DNA of 64,000 nt from Syntrophorhabdaceae bacterium. Its GTDB lineage: Bacteria > Desulfobacterota > Syntrophorhabdia > Syntrophorhabdales > Syntrophorhabdaceae. The DNA lies in contig OY762209.1 of assembly GCA_963665295.1 (NCBI GenBank), forward strand, positions 2,976,001 through 3,040,000. The letters run 5' to 3'. The notes below the pieces were generated by a model. It saw only the letters and a list, made by a program, of their open reading frames with translations. It was not told the DNA's origin and did no database searches. The position numbers and the translations under genes are program-made. Positions 29,094-39,227 of the stretch are shown piece after piece. Each line of letters begins with the position of its first letter. The stretch's first letter is position 1.

Positions 29094-29675
29094 ATGAAGA
29101 TAATCGTTGATATTGACAATACTCTCTGGTACTTTGCGCCGGTACTCTATGAGTACCTGTTGAAGGTGAACCCCCGTATCCTGCCTACGGACCAGTGGGG
29201 CGCATGGAAGTTCTGGGAAAGGGATATGGACACAAAGGTGTTTTACGAGGTGCTGAAGAAGGTCCATATGGACCAGGAGCAGTTTGTCCCTTACGGAGAT
29301 GCGAAGCAGTTTTTGATTTCCCTGAAGGAAAGAGGATTCCGTATCCTCATCGCAAGTCACCGCGAAAAGGAAACCTACGATCCGACCTTGAGGTGGCTTG
29401 AGAAGAACGAACTGACCTTTGACGAACTTCATGTTTTGAATGACAAATCCATATTGTTCAAAGACGCCTTCGGGGTGGTGGACGACAGCCCCGTAACACT
29501 CGAAAAGGCGAAAAAGGCGGGGATCGTCACGACGGGCCTCTCATTCCCCTGGAATGAGGGCCTTGGTTATACCCTGTTCGGGAGTCTCACGGAGGTGCTT
29601 GCCTATATAGACTCCATACTCGAACAATCCTGTGGCGGAACACGCGGAGACGTACCCTGCACAAGCCGGTCGTAA
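29094..29675 (+). CDS. HAD-like nucleotidase-family protein
   Basis: IIVDIDNTL motif I, ASHR, VVDDSP. Confidence 0.75.
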   Translation: MKIIVDIDNTLWYFAPVLYEYLLKVNPRILPTDQWGAWKFWERDMDTKVFYEVLKKVHMDQEQFVPYGDAKQFLISLKERGFRILIASHREKETYDPTLRWLEKNELTFDELHVLNDKSILFKDAFGVVDDSPVTLEKAKKAGIVTTGLSFPWNEGLGYTLFGSLTEVLAYIDSILEQSCGGTRGDVPCTSRS

Positions 29676-29726
29676 GCGAACCCCTGTGGATCTGATGGGA
29701 AAATCACCTCGAAGGATGGGAGATAA

Positions 29727-30224
29727 ATGGCGGATATAAGCACCGGAGGCGGCAGTCCTGCGGCCGGGAGCGGCATGGGGCCCGCGTACCGGCGTAAGCA
29801 GACGGGCTCTTTAATGACGGTCATCGTCATGGCGGGGCTTGCATGCATCTTCATTCTCATGAAACAAAAGGGCATCCAGAGGATACTGGTCTTTTACCTT
29901 ATCGTCCTCGGGTTTGCGGCCCTCATCTTTTCCAGCATGATGATCGTGGTGGAAGGCAGCCTCCTGACGATCAAGTTCGGACTCGGGATAGTATGGAAAA
30001 GGATCAACCTTCTCGAAGTCGAGTCGTGCAGGATCGTGAAGAACCCGTGGTACTACGGATGGGGGATCCGTCGTATCCCCGGGGGCTGGTATTTCGGCGT
30101 CTCCGGTCTTTCGGCCGTCGAGCTGACAATGAGATCGGGCAAACGGTTCCGGGTCGGCACCGACGTCCCCGAAGAACTGGAAGCGGTGATCCTGGCGAAG
30201 GGGAGTGACATCAGACAAGAGTGA
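29727..30224 (+). CDS. Hypothetical membrane protein (2 TM plus PH-like domain)
   Basis: Two TMs, then WYYGWGIR...VSGLSAVEL...VGTD.PEEL. Confidence 0.65.
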   Translation: MADISTGGGSPAAGSGMGPAYRRKQTGSLMTVIVMAGLACIFILMKQKGIQRILVFYLIVLGFAALIFSSMMIVVEGSLLTIKFGLGIVWKRINLLEVESCRIVKNPWYYGWGIRRIPGGWYFGVSGLSAVELTMRSGKRFRVGTDVPEELEAVILAKGSDIRQE

Positions 30225-30353
30225 GCGGGCCTGCCTCCTTATGTGTCCCGCTTGTAGAGCCTGTTGCGCCATTCCATCGTCCCGGTAGGTTCGGGAGTCA
30301 TTGAAGGGTTTCGGTCTTCAGGAGGTCGGCGCAACAGGTCTCAAGATCATAGG

Positions 30354-31664
30354 TTAATTTCCTGCTCCCATAAACAGGTTAGGCAGCCATGTGGCTATCT
30401 GCGGGAAGATGAAGAGAAGCAGGGCCGCGGCCGTGAGGCTCAGGAGAAACGGAAGCACACCCTTGTAGATCGTATTAAAGGGTACCCCGGTAATGTTTCT
30501 CACGATAAAAACGCATATGGCCACGGGCGGGATGATGACGCCGATCATAATGGTAATGCCCACCATGACGCCGAACCAGACAGGGTCGTATCCGAGTTTG
30601 ATAACCGCCGGATAGAATATGGGAGTAGCGAGTATCATGAAGGCGAGATCATCGATAAATGACCCTCCGATGAGATAGACCAGGATTATGAGGACCATGA
30701 TGAGAAATCGGGGGATAGGCAGACCGGTAACCCAGTCGGCGGTGATCATGGGGATCTCGGTAATGGCGAGAAAATGGCCGAGAACGGAGGAACCGGCGAT
30801 GAGCATGAGGGTCATAACCGCGGTCCTGAGTGATTCATCCCATGATTTCACGAGCATCTTGAAGTTCACTTCCTTCCGGACGGCGGCAAGTACCATGACT
30901 GCCACGGTTCCGATGCTGCCTGCCTCGGTGGGACTGAAGACTCCCATCATGAGTCCGCCGATGACCACCAGAAAAATCAGAAAAACTACCACGAATTCCG
31001 GCAATACCCGGACCCGCTCCGCCCATGACGCCTTCGGAGTCCTCGGCGCAATGGCCGGATTAATGGATACCCAACCATAGATCACGCACATGAAGAGGAA
31101 CGAGATGAGTATGCCGGGGATGATTCCCGCGAGGAAAAGCCTCCCGATCGACTGTTCGACCACTATCCCGTAGATAATGAGCACCAGGCTGGGAGGAATG
31201 AGCATCCCGATGGTACCCACGGAGGCGACAACGCCGGTGGACAGTTCTTTCTTATATCCGAAGCGGTCCATCTCGGGAATTGCGATGCCTGAAAAGGTGG
31301 CGACTGTCGCGAGGGTGGAGCCGCACATGGCCTTGAAGATTGTTGCGCCCGCCACGGTCGTCATGGCGAGCCCTCCCGGCACATGACCGACCCACTTATG
31401 AGACGCACTGTAGAGCCTTTTTGCAATGCTTGAATTGGACGCGATCTGGCCCATCAATACGAACAGAGGTATGACGGTGAAGCCGTACGTGGTGAAGGTG
31501 TCGAAGAAATCCTTGACGAGGAGGTTACATGCAGAGGAGAAGGAGACGAGGTACAGGAAACCTACGAATCCCACGATGGTCATGCAGAAAGCCAGCTCGA
31601 TCCCCGTCAGAAAAAGGACCAGAAGAATCAGGAGGGCGACTATACCTACGGCGACTTCACTCAT
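30354..31664 (-). CDS. dctM: TRAP transporter large permease
   Basis: IPLFVLMG, GTIGMLIPPS, FSPTEAG; ATG at 31664 overlaps the dctQ stop. Confidence 0.93.
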   Translation of the reverse strand: MSEVAVGIVALLILLVLFLTGIELAFCMTIVGFVGFLYLVSFSSACNLLVKDFFDTFTTYGFTVIPLFVLMGQIASNSSIAKRLYSASHKWVGHVPGGLAMTTVAGATIFKAMCGSTLATVATFSGIAIPEMDRFGYKKELSTGVVASVGTIGMLIPPSLVLIIYGIVVEQSIGRLFLAGIIPGILISFLFMCVIYGWVSINPAIAPRTPKASWAERVRVLPEFVVVFLIFLVVIGGLMMGVFSPTEAGSIGTVAVMVLAAVRKEVNFKMLVKSWDESLRTAVMTLMLIAGSSVLGHFLAITEIPMITADWVTGLPIPRFLIMVLIILVYLIGGSFIDDLAFMILATPIFYPAVIKLGYDPVWFGVMVGITIMIGVIIPPVAICVFIVRNITGVPFNTIYKGVLPFLLSLTAAALLLFIFPQIATWLPNLFMGAGN

Positions 31665-32155
31665 TTGGTTTCTCCTTTGATCGTTCTTATGAGATCGCAC
31701 AGCAGGGTGATACTTTCCAGGAAACAACTCAAGGCGAGACCATACGCTATAGGGTAATAGGGGAGCCGGAAGCTCGCGCTTACTTCCCCCGTGCGCCTGA
31801 GATCCAGGGCGTACAATACAAAATTGTATCCGATGAACACGAACAGGGAGATGCCCATGCACCGCGTCACGGCCTGCATGACCTTTTTGTGGAAGACGCT
31901 CAGCTTATCCACCAGCATGTCAACGTATACGTGGGCTTTCTTCCAGGAGGTGTAAGGGATCGCAAATCCTATCACTACGGAGCCGCAGAACGAAACGATC
32001 TCCATGGAACCGACTATGGGATGACCGATATTCCTCATGAACACGTCGAGGAGGGTTACGATCATCATAAACGCGAGGACCGATCCTGCTATGATGTGAA
32101 ATATCATATCTGTCTTGGCGACAACTGCCACAAAACGGTTCATATCTTCCTCCAT
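31661..32155 (-). CDS. dctQ: TRAP transporter small permease
   Basis: Four TMs, DVFMR, HVYVD; lies between dctP and dctM. Confidence 0.9.
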   Translation of the reverse strand: MEEDMNRFVAVVAKTDMIFHIIAGSVLAFMMIVTLLDVFMRNIGHPIVGSMEIVSFCGSVVIGFAIPYTSWKKAHVYVDMLVDKLSVFHKKVMQAVTRCMGISLFVFIGYNFVLYALDLRRTGEVSASFRLPYYPIAYGLALSCFLESITLLCDLIRTIKGETK

Positions 32156-32194
32156 CTATCTTTTTGCCTCGGAATCCCGCAGCAACAATAAAAC

Positions 32195-32220
32195 AATGAG
32201 GGGCGTCTCCGCCCCTCATT
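32195..32220 (-). terminator. Hairpin after dctP (partial terminator or mRNA stabiliser)
   Basis: AATGAGGGGCG/CGCCCCTCATT 11-bp stem followed on the minus strand by GTTTTATTG. Confidence 0.65.
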
Positions 32221-32230
32221 ACACGGAAGA

Positions 32231-33256
32231 CTACGGATGAGTCTTGATATAGTCGAGGCAGAACTTGAGTGCCTCGTCGGCGGGCAGTCCTTTTGCCTTT
32301 ATCGCTTTCACATATTTTTCCTGTATGGGTTTCATCTTCGCCGCCGTACTCGCCTCCTCTTCCTTGGAAACCTTTACGAACTTCACGCCCTTTTGGATGG
32401 CATATTCCTTGGCCTCCTTGTCGAGCTGGTTCCAGAGATGCCCCTGCTTTTCGATCCATTCCTCATTGATCTTCTCGATGGCGGCCTGATCTTCCTTCTT
32501 AAGTGCGTTCCACTTGTTCTTGTTCATGATGACATACATGGACGTCATGTAGGAGACCGCATAGTTTTCGAGACTGGTCTTCACGACTTCCGCGAACCTC
32601 CAGCCCTTGAGAGATTCGACGGGGAGAAGAATACCCTCCAGGAGTCCCTTCTGAAGGCCGTCATAGGTCTCCGTAATAGGCATTGTGACAGGGGCCCCTC
32701 CGAGAGCGGTCACGATGTCCGCATTCTCCGCATTTGCTTTTATCCTGAGACCTTTGACGCCCTCGGTGGACGATATGGGTTTCTTGGTGTGGAAGATGCC
32801 GGGTGCGGCCCCGTGAAGGTACATTACTTTCACATCATCAAATTCTTTCGGTTTAAACTTTCTGTAGTACTCGTTTGCGAGTCTTGTCGCCTGGAGGCCG
32901 CTCGTGTAGCCGAGGGGCTGCTGGAGGACTTCACTTAAGGGCAGTCTGCCGGGCGCATAGGCGAGAAGGGCCTGTCCGATATCGGCTATACCTTTCACCG
33001 TGCTGTCGTATGTCTGCATGGGAGGAGTAAGGGTGTTGCCCGGAAAATAGGTGATTTTTACCCGTCCATTGGTCCTTTTCTCGACCTCCTTGCACCACTC
33101 TTCCGACAGTTTGCTGATCGGATGCGCAGGGGGGAAGAAATTTGAATATCTGAGTTTTACCGTTTTCTCCTGGGCGTGGAGAGGGAACGATACACAGAGG
33201 AATGCAGCCGATATTATACCTACGACAATCCATGTAAAGCCGAAACCCTTCTTCAT
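32231..33256 (-). CDS. dctP: TRAP substrate-binding protein
   Basis: Signal peptide, EKRTNGRVKI, KGLRIK, LGGAPV.MP..ETYDGLQKG. Confidence 0.92.
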   Translation of the reverse strand: MKKGFGFTWIVVGIISAAFLCVSFPLHAQEKTVKLRYSNFFPPAHPISKLSEEWCKEVEKRTNGRVKITYFPGNTLTPPMQTYDSTVKGIADIGQALLAYAPGRLPLSEVLQQPLGYTSGLQATRLANEYYRKFKPKEFDDVKVMYLHGAAPGIFHTKKPISSTEGVKGLRIKANAENADIVTALGGAPVTMPITETYDGLQKGLLEGILLPVESLKGWRFAEVVKTSLENYAVSYMTSMYVIMNKNKWNALKKEDQAAIEKINEEWIEKQGHLWNQLDKEAKEYAIQKGVKFVKVSKEEEASTAAKMKPIQEKYVKAIKAKGLPADEALKFCLDYIKTHP

Positions 33257-33350
33257 AATCAACCTCCCATTGTATGATTGTGCTTCTTACTGCCTTTTCA
33301 CCTGTCCAAAAGATGCGACATCTTCAATGGTAGCACACACAATTTACGTG

Positions 33351-34859
33351 TCAACCCGCCTTGCCTTCAAGATACCGTCTCTTCAACTCGCGTTTTAATA
33401 CCTTGCCCGCAGGACTCTTCGGGAATTCGGCCACTGCGATATACTCCTTGGGGACCTTGAAGGGCGCAAGCCTGGCCTTGAGAAAAATCTTCAGGTCCTC
33501 GCCCACGATGTCCCGCCCCTGTCTGGGTATGATAAAGGCGATGACACGCTCGCCCCATTCCTTGTCGGGCACACCCACGACTGCGCATTCCTGGACCTCC
33601 GGGTTCGTGTAAAGGGTCTCTTCCACTTCACGGGGATATACATTCTCACCGCCCGTTATGATGAGTTCCTTGACGCGGTCGACGATGTAGAGATAACCGT
33701 TCGGATCGAACCGCCCGATATCGCCGGTGCGAAGCCATTGCCGGCCCCAGAATGCAGCCCTTGTTCCCTCCGGGTTATTGAGATATCCCTTCATGACGAT
33801 GCGTCCGCGGACGCAGATCTCGCCGTCCTCCCCGCGGGCCGACATCTTGCCCGAAAGGTCCCTGATCTGGACTTCGATACCGCTCGGGGGGCAGCCCACA
33901 GAACCCACGACATGCCGCTCCGGATAGTAATGGTTGTAGGTGATGGGCATAGCCTCGGTCTGTCCGTAAGATTCGGATATGGTAATTCCCGTCACTTCCT
34001 TCCATTGTCGTACGATTTCCGCTGCCATGGCTGCTCCTGCCGAGAAACAATAGCGAACGTTTCCCAGTTTTTTCTTCAGATCCTGAACGGCCAGGAGACG
34101 GATGTAGACCGTGGGGACGGAAAAGAACTTGGTTATCCGGCCGCTCGACGTGATGGCGACGATGCGGTCCAGGTCGAAAGAGGGGAGTAATTCAAGACAT
34201 CCCGCGCTGTAAATTGTTGAATTCATGATATGTATCTGTCCGAAAACATGGTTGAAAGGCATGAAGCACAGGCATGTGTCGTTCTCCGTGGACCGTTCGA
34301 AGTAGGCGATGATATGGCTGGAGAAGCCGATACCGTCATGAGTGAGCATCACCCCTTTAGGGACGCCCGTGGTGCCGCCCGTATAGAGGATAGCGGCAGT
34401 ATCTTTTGGCGTCCGCTCGACGGCCTTGAAGACGCCCGAACCCGTCCGGAGGAGATAAGGAAGGTCGAAGTCGCCTTTGGAACAGATTACTCCTTCAATC
34501 CGACCGGGGCCGCGCAGATCCCTGAGGTCGTCAACCCTTGAATCGTCGGTGAGGAGGAAACGCGGCTTTGCATGATTGAGGAGGAGTGCAAGTTCTTCTT
34601 TACTTAGTTGGGAGGAAAGGGTCACGGCTACCGCACCCGCCTTAAGTACCCCATAATAAAATATGATCCAGTCGGTTGAGTTTGGGGCGCAAAGACCCAT
34701 GTGTTCGCCCTGTTTTACCCCTCTCTTGAGGAGGGCCGTGGCGACCCGGTTTGCCCGCTCGTTCAATTCAGCATAATTTATCTCCATACCGGCCTCTCGG
34801 ACGGATGGACGGTCAGGGAAGAAATCTGCTGATCTTTCAAGGATTTGAGCAATATTCAT
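33351..34859 (-). CDS. Acyl-CoA ligase (AMP-binding)
   Basis: YTGGTTGVPKG, SYGQTE, RTGDIG, DRVKELI..GGENVYP, PKSPAGK. Confidence 0.93.
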   Translation of the reverse strand: MNIAQILERSADFFPDRPSVREAGMEINYAELNERANRVATALLKRGVKQGEHMGLCAPNSTDWIIFYYGVLKAGAVAVTLSSQLSKEELALLLNHAKPRFLLTDDSRVDDLRDLRGPGRIEGVICSKGDFDLPYLLRTGSGVFKAVERTPKDTAAILYTGGTTGVPKGVMLTHDGIGFSSHIIAYFERSTENDTCLCFMPFNHVFGQIHIMNSTIYSAGCLELLPSFDLDRIVAITSSGRITKFFSVPTVYIRLLAVQDLKKKLGNVRYCFSAGAAMAAEIVRQWKEVTGITISESYGQTEAMPITYNHYYPERHVVGSVGCPPSGIEVQIRDLSGKMSARGEDGEICVRGRIVMKGYLNNPEGTRAAFWGRQWLRTGDIGRFDPNGYLYIVDRVKELIITGGENVYPREVEETLYTNPEVQECAVVGVPDKEWGERVIAFIIPRQGRDIVGEDLKIFLKARLAPFKVPKEYIAVAEFPKSPAGKVLKRELKRRYLEGKAG

Positions 34860-34914
34860 GAAGTAGCTCCTCAAGAAAGTATTTTTGGTGTCGCGTACCC
34901 AGCAAACTGTCTTA

Positions 34915-34932
34915 TGGTCTAATGTTATACCA
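34915..34932. promoter_or_regulatory. Putative GntR/FadR-type operator
   Basis: TGGTCTAATGTTATACCA (TGGT...ACCA) between the divergent ligase and regulator genes. Confidence 0.45.
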
Positions 34933-35019
34933 GTATTTTATTAGATGTCAAGAAATTTCTTGCCAGCTAAAGCATTGCAAAAAAGTTCTTTTTATACTAA
35001 CTTTATGCAGGAGAAATAA

Positions 35020-35799
35020 ATGACCAGATTCAAGCCCATCCGGCAGTCACGGGTATCAGACAAAGTGGCGGAAGAATTGAAGCGCTCCATTATCGTAGGT
35101 CAGTTTAAGACGGGCGACAAGCTGCCCTCGGAGCGAGAACTCGCCGAGGAATTTCAGGTTAGCCGCGTCGCGGTTCATGAGGCCCTCCGATCTCTCGAAA
35201 TATCAGGATTTATTGTCACGCGCCAGGGACCCGCAGGCGGGGCCTATGCAACCGATCTCACCTTTGAACGCTCGGTGAACGCATTTCAGGACCTTTTTAT
35301 TGCGGAGAAGATTTCCATCGAGGAAGTGCATCAGGTGAGGAGCGTGGTAGAAGCGGAAATAGCACGCCTTGCGGCGCTGAATGTGACCGAGGAATTCGCC
35401 CGGAGGTTAAGCGACTCTCTCGCAATCGAAGAACTGCCGGTGGTAAGTCTGTCGGAGGATATAGCCCGAAAGATGGCCGTCCATTTTATCTTTGCCGAGA
35501 TGTGCGGCAATCGTTTCCTTGAAGCCCTTGAGAGGTCTCTGATGGGCCTTATACGGATCGCGGTGGAGACCATGGATAGCGAGGCGGGAGGGACGTTCGA
35601 CTTTCTGCACCTCCATCCGCAGGGTATGCACCGTCCCATTGTCGAAGCAGTCATTGCGGGAGATTCCGTTGCCTCCGCCTACGCCGCTAAGGAGCATGCA
35701 GTCAAGTACGGCGAGAATCTGAAGCAGGCAGAGAGGGCTTACCGGGAGAGAAAGTTCAAGGCCTCCGGTAGTCCGCTCAAACAAGGCCCTCGGGAATAG
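35020..35799 (+). CDS. GntR/FadR-family regulator
   Basis: GDKLPSERELAEEFQVSRVAVHEAL wHTH plus an FCD-like domain. Confidence 0.92.
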   Translation: MTRFKPIRQSRVSDKVAEELKRSIIVGQFKTGDKLPSERELAEEFQVSRVAVHEALRSLEISGFIVTRQGPAGGAYATDLTFERSVNAFQDLFIAEKISIEEVHQVRSVVEAEIARLAALNVTEEFARRLSDSLAIEELPVVSLSEDIARKMAVHFIFAEMCGNRFLEALERSLMGLIRIAVETMDSEAGGTFDFLHLHPQGMHRPIVEAVIAGDSVASAYAAKEHAVKYGENLKQAERAYRERKFKASGSPLKQGPRE

Positions 35800-36023
35800 A
35801 CATCTTTAAGAGGCGAAACTCCGGCGGATTCTCGATATCTATCTCTAATCAACAATCCCACCTTACGGTAAGTTGAAGCACGCGGGGTGCATCCGGGCCG
35901 GCGGGAAACGAAAGCCTGTTCTTTGTCGGCGGCGGCGCCCCTCCCACACACCTTTTCTGGTGAAGAGGATTGAATTGGGGTATACTATCTTACTATATTA
36001 CAGTGTGACATGATGAGGGAACA

Positions 36024-36833
36024 ATGAACCGTAACAAGGACTACTACGAGGTCTTGGGGGTTGGTGAAGACACGCCCGCCGACAAGATTAAAGAGGCGTA
36101 CAGGAAGCTTGCGTTTCAGTACCACCCGGACAAGAACCCTGGAGACGCCGGGGCAGTAGAGAGGATGAAAGAGATAAACGAGGCCTATGCCGTTCTCTCT
36201 GAACCCGAGAAGAGACAGAGTTATGACCGGGTGAGACGGCAATACGGATCTTCCTCTGCCCATGATCAGTTCAGACAGGCTTATTCGGAAGAAGATATCT
36301 TCAGGGGTTCCGATATTAACCAGATTTTTGAGGAGATGGCCCGGTCCTTCGGCGTCAGGGGTTTCGAGGAGATTTTCCGGGGAGTCTATGGCCAGGGTTA
36401 CCGGACATTCGAATTTCACAGGCCCGGTGTTTTTGGGAAATTCATTATCTTCGGAGCGCCCGGCCGGGCACGCCCCCGACCTCAGGCAAGCGTCCCCGGC
36501 CCTCAGGGAGGTATCCTGGGGAAAGTAGCCGGGTACCTGCTCAAGAAGGCCCTGGGCCTCGGCGACCCGGTCCGCGCAGGCAAGGACGTACACAATGTCA
36601 TTGCCCTTGATCCCGATCAGGCATCGCGGGGCGGGAAGATGATGTACAAGGACCCAAGGCGCGGGAAGGAGATTGTCATTACCATGCCCCCCGGTTTACG
36701 GGAAGGGCAGAAGGTAAGGCTGAAAGGGATGGGCGCTCCCGCAAGAAACGGGGGCCCTCCTGGAGACCTTTATCTGAACGTGGTGCTGAAAAAACCCATG
36801 CTGGCGAGGTTCAGAAAGTTTCTCAAGATTTAA
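36024..36833 (+). CDS. DnaJ-domain protein (CbpA-like, no Zn finger)
   Basis: [15 protein letters not shown]-terminal RLKGMG...PGDLYL. Confidence 0.88.
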   Translation: MNRNKDYYEVLGVGEDTPADKIKEAYRKLAFQYHPDKNPGDAGAVERMKEINEAYAVLSEPEKRQSYDRVRRQYGSSSAHDQFRQAYSEEDIFRGSDINQIFEEMARSFGVRGFEEIFRGVYGQGYRTFEFHRPGVFGKFIIFGAPGRARPRPQASVPGPQGGILGKVAGYLLKKALGLGDPVRAGKDVHNVIALDPDQASRGGKMMYKDPRRGKEIVITMPPGLREGQKVRLKGMGAPARNGGPPGDLYLNVVLKKPMLARFRKFLKI

Positions 36834-36927
36834 CTGTAACGATTGATATATATTAAGATAAACCATATGTGTGGGAGCGGATTGCTTGTGGTTCCCGGAC
36901 ATACCTTATCCCTATTGGAGGAGGAGC

Positions 36928-37938
36928 ATGAGACCCAGGGTTCTGATGTCGAGCATTGTCCCATCGCCCGCCCACGACCTTGTGGGCCAATATTGCGAGG
37001 TGGAATTATACCAGGGGGATGCGCTATCGACGGGAGAGGAGATTATATCACGTATCGGCGAAAAGGACGGACTTCTCTGCCTCGTGGCTGACAGGATAGG
37101 GAAGGACGTGATGGAAGCGGGCCGGAGCCTTAAGGTGATCAGTACCGCGAGCGTCGGTTTCGAGCATATCGATGTGGCGGAAGCGACGAAAAAGGGCATT
37201 TATGTGGGCTTCACCCCGGGCGTTCTTACAGAAGCCACCGCCGACCTTGCCTTTGCCCTTCTTCTGAGCGCTGCCCGCAGGATTGCCGAAGCGGACAGGT
37301 TCGTCAGGGCCGGGGAATGGAAAACGGCATGGTCGCCCACCGCGTTTCTGGGGGCATCCGTGTGGGGAAGCACCATCGGGATCATAGGGCTCGGACGGAT
37401 AGGCAGGGCCATGGCAAAGAGGGCGAAAGGTTTTGACATGAGGGTCCTCTACACGGACGAGGCACGGCTCTCTCCCGGGGAGGAGAAGGAACTGGGGGTC
37501 GAGTTCGGTTCCCTTGAGGAGGTATTGAGCATGTCCGACTTTGTATCCCTCCACGTGCCGTCTACGGAGAAGACCCGTCACCTGATAAACGGGACGCGGC
37601 TGGGCCTGATGAAAAAGGAAGCCATTCTCGTGAATACGTCAAGGGGGCCCATGGTGGACGAGGCCGCGCTCTTCGAGGCCCTCAGGGAGAAGAGGTTAGG
37701 AGGGGCAGCCCTCGATGTGTTCCAAAAAGAGCCCATCGGCATGGATAACCCTTTGCTCGGCCTCGACAATGTGACTGTAGTGCCCCACATAGGCAGCGCT
37801 ACCCGTGAATCCCGGAGGAGAATGGGAGAGATGGCTGCCATAAACCTCCTGAATGTCCTCAAGGGGATCGCCCCCCGGTATTGGCTTAACCCCGACGCGG
37901 CAAAGGTGAGGCCCCTTGAGGAGGTCCGGGTCATCTGA
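36928..37938 (+). CDS. D-2-hydroxyacid dehydrogenase (glyoxylate/hydroxypyruvate reductase-like)
   Basis: GIIGLGRIG, NTSRG, LDVFQKEP, PHIGSAT. Confidence 0.9.
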   Translation: MRPRVLMSSIVPSPAHDLVGQYCEVELYQGDALSTGEEIISRIGEKDGLLCLVADRIGKDVMEAGRSLKVISTASVGFEHIDVAEATKKGIYVGFTPGVLTEATADLAFALLLSAARRIAEADRFVRAGEWKTAWSPTAFLGASVWGSTIGIIGLGRIGRAMAKRAKGFDMRVLYTDEARLSPGEEKELGVEFGSLEEVLSMSDFVSLHVPSTEKTRHLINGTRLGLMKKEAILVNTSRGPMVDEAALFEALREKRLGGAALDVFQKEPIGMDNPLLGLDNVTVVPHIGSATRESRRRMGEMAAINLLNVLKGIAPRYWLNPDAAKVRPLEEVRVI

Positions 37939-38152
37939 TGCCGGATATCCTATCGCGGTGCCTTATATCCATTCGTTGGTTACTATACATTTAAGATAAG
38001 TATATTGATAACTTATGTCACTACTATTCAAAAAGTACTTTAACTCGTAACCACCCCTTGTTTCCGCGAAGGAGGCTGCGCTCCATCCCCGGCGTCCCGA
38101 GAACGGGGTATCTGATAAGGCCGATTTGTCCAGAATGAATGCGGTCTCCGGG

Positions 38153-39166
38153 TCAGCATATCCTCGGGAGAGGGGCCCCGGTGAGCATGTTGAGCCGTCG
38201 CGTGCCGCCGATAACCGTGGTGAGGCAGACATCACCCTTTCCGGGTCGGATACTTCCGATCAGGGCCGCATCGCCCGAGCCCATGTCCTCCTTCAGACAG
38301 TGCACAATGGCGGGGGCCTCCGACGCATCCGCCACGATGAGGAATTTACCCTCATTGGCGAGATAGAGGGGGTCGAGGCCAAGCAGCTCCGTAACACCCC
38401 TCACGCTCTCGTCAACGGGAATGGACGTCTCATCGAGAAGGATATCCACGCCTGAAGCGAGGGCCGTCTCCTTTGCGTTTGTGGCGAGTCCCCCCCTGGT
38501 GAGGTCCCGCATGAACCTGATGCCTTTGAACCGGGCAAGAAGCCGCTCGGTCACGGGGTTGAGAGGGGCGCAGTCGCTTTCCACCTTCACACCGAACTTG
38601 AAGGCTTCCCGTTCGATGAGGATGGTGAGGCCATGGTTGCCGAGGGGACCGTTCACTATTACGAGATCACCCGGCCGGATCGAATGGTAGCCCAGGTCGG
38701 CGCCGGGGAGAATGTAGCCGATCCCTGTTGTGTTGATGAATATTTTGTCGGCCTGACCTTTGCCGACCACCTTTGTGTCGCCCGCGACAATGGAGACGCC
38801 TGCCGACCCGCAGGCCCGGGCCATGGAACCGATAATCCTCTCAAGGTCCGCCATGGGCAGGCCTTCTTCGATGATAAAGGAGGCGGTGAGGAACATGGGC
38901 TTGGCTCCGCTCACTGCGAGGTCGTTGACCGTACCGCAGACCGCGAGTTTCCCTATGTCGCCGCCGGGGAAGAAGATGGGGTCAACCACGAATGAATCGG
39001 TGGTGAGGGCCATTCGTCCCTGTTCCACGGGAAATGTGGCGGCGTCGGTAAGGCCCGACAGTATGGTGTTGTCGAAGGAAGGGAGGAAATGCTTCTCCAG
39101 AAGCCGGTGGGTAAGGAGTCCCCCGTCTCCGTGGGATAAGAGGATTACATCATCGTTCCTGTCCAT
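38153..39166 (-). CDS. hypE: Hydrogenase maturation protein HypE
   Basis: SHGDGG, TDSFVVDP, GDTKVV, RDLTRGG, ANEGK, C-terminal PRIC. Confidence 0.95.
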   Translation of the reverse strand: MDRNDDVILLSHGDGGLLTHRLLEKHFLPSFDNTILSGLTDAATFPVEQGRMALTTDSFVVDPIFFPGGDIGKLAVCGTVNDLAVSGAKPMFLTASFIIEEGLPMADLERIIGSMARACGSAGVSIVAGDTKVVGKGQADKIFINTTGIGYILPGADLGYHSIRPGDLVIVNGPLGNHGLTILIEREAFKFGVKVESDCAPLNPVTERLLARFKGIRFMRDLTRGGLATNAKETALASGVDILLDETSIPVDESVRGVTELLGLDPLYLANEGKFLIVADASEAPAIVHCLKEDMGSGDAALIGSIRPGKGDVCLTTVIGGTRRLNMLTGAPLPRIC

Positions 39167-39227
39167 AGGTATGTCTCCTCGTCACGGGAATTTTGGTCGC
39201 CTGCCTCATTTCTTCTCCTTATTGTTC

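Noticed and set aside
37939..38152. AT-rich gap between convergent genes, with a 90-aa track ORF
   Set aside because: No RBS, motif or structure found
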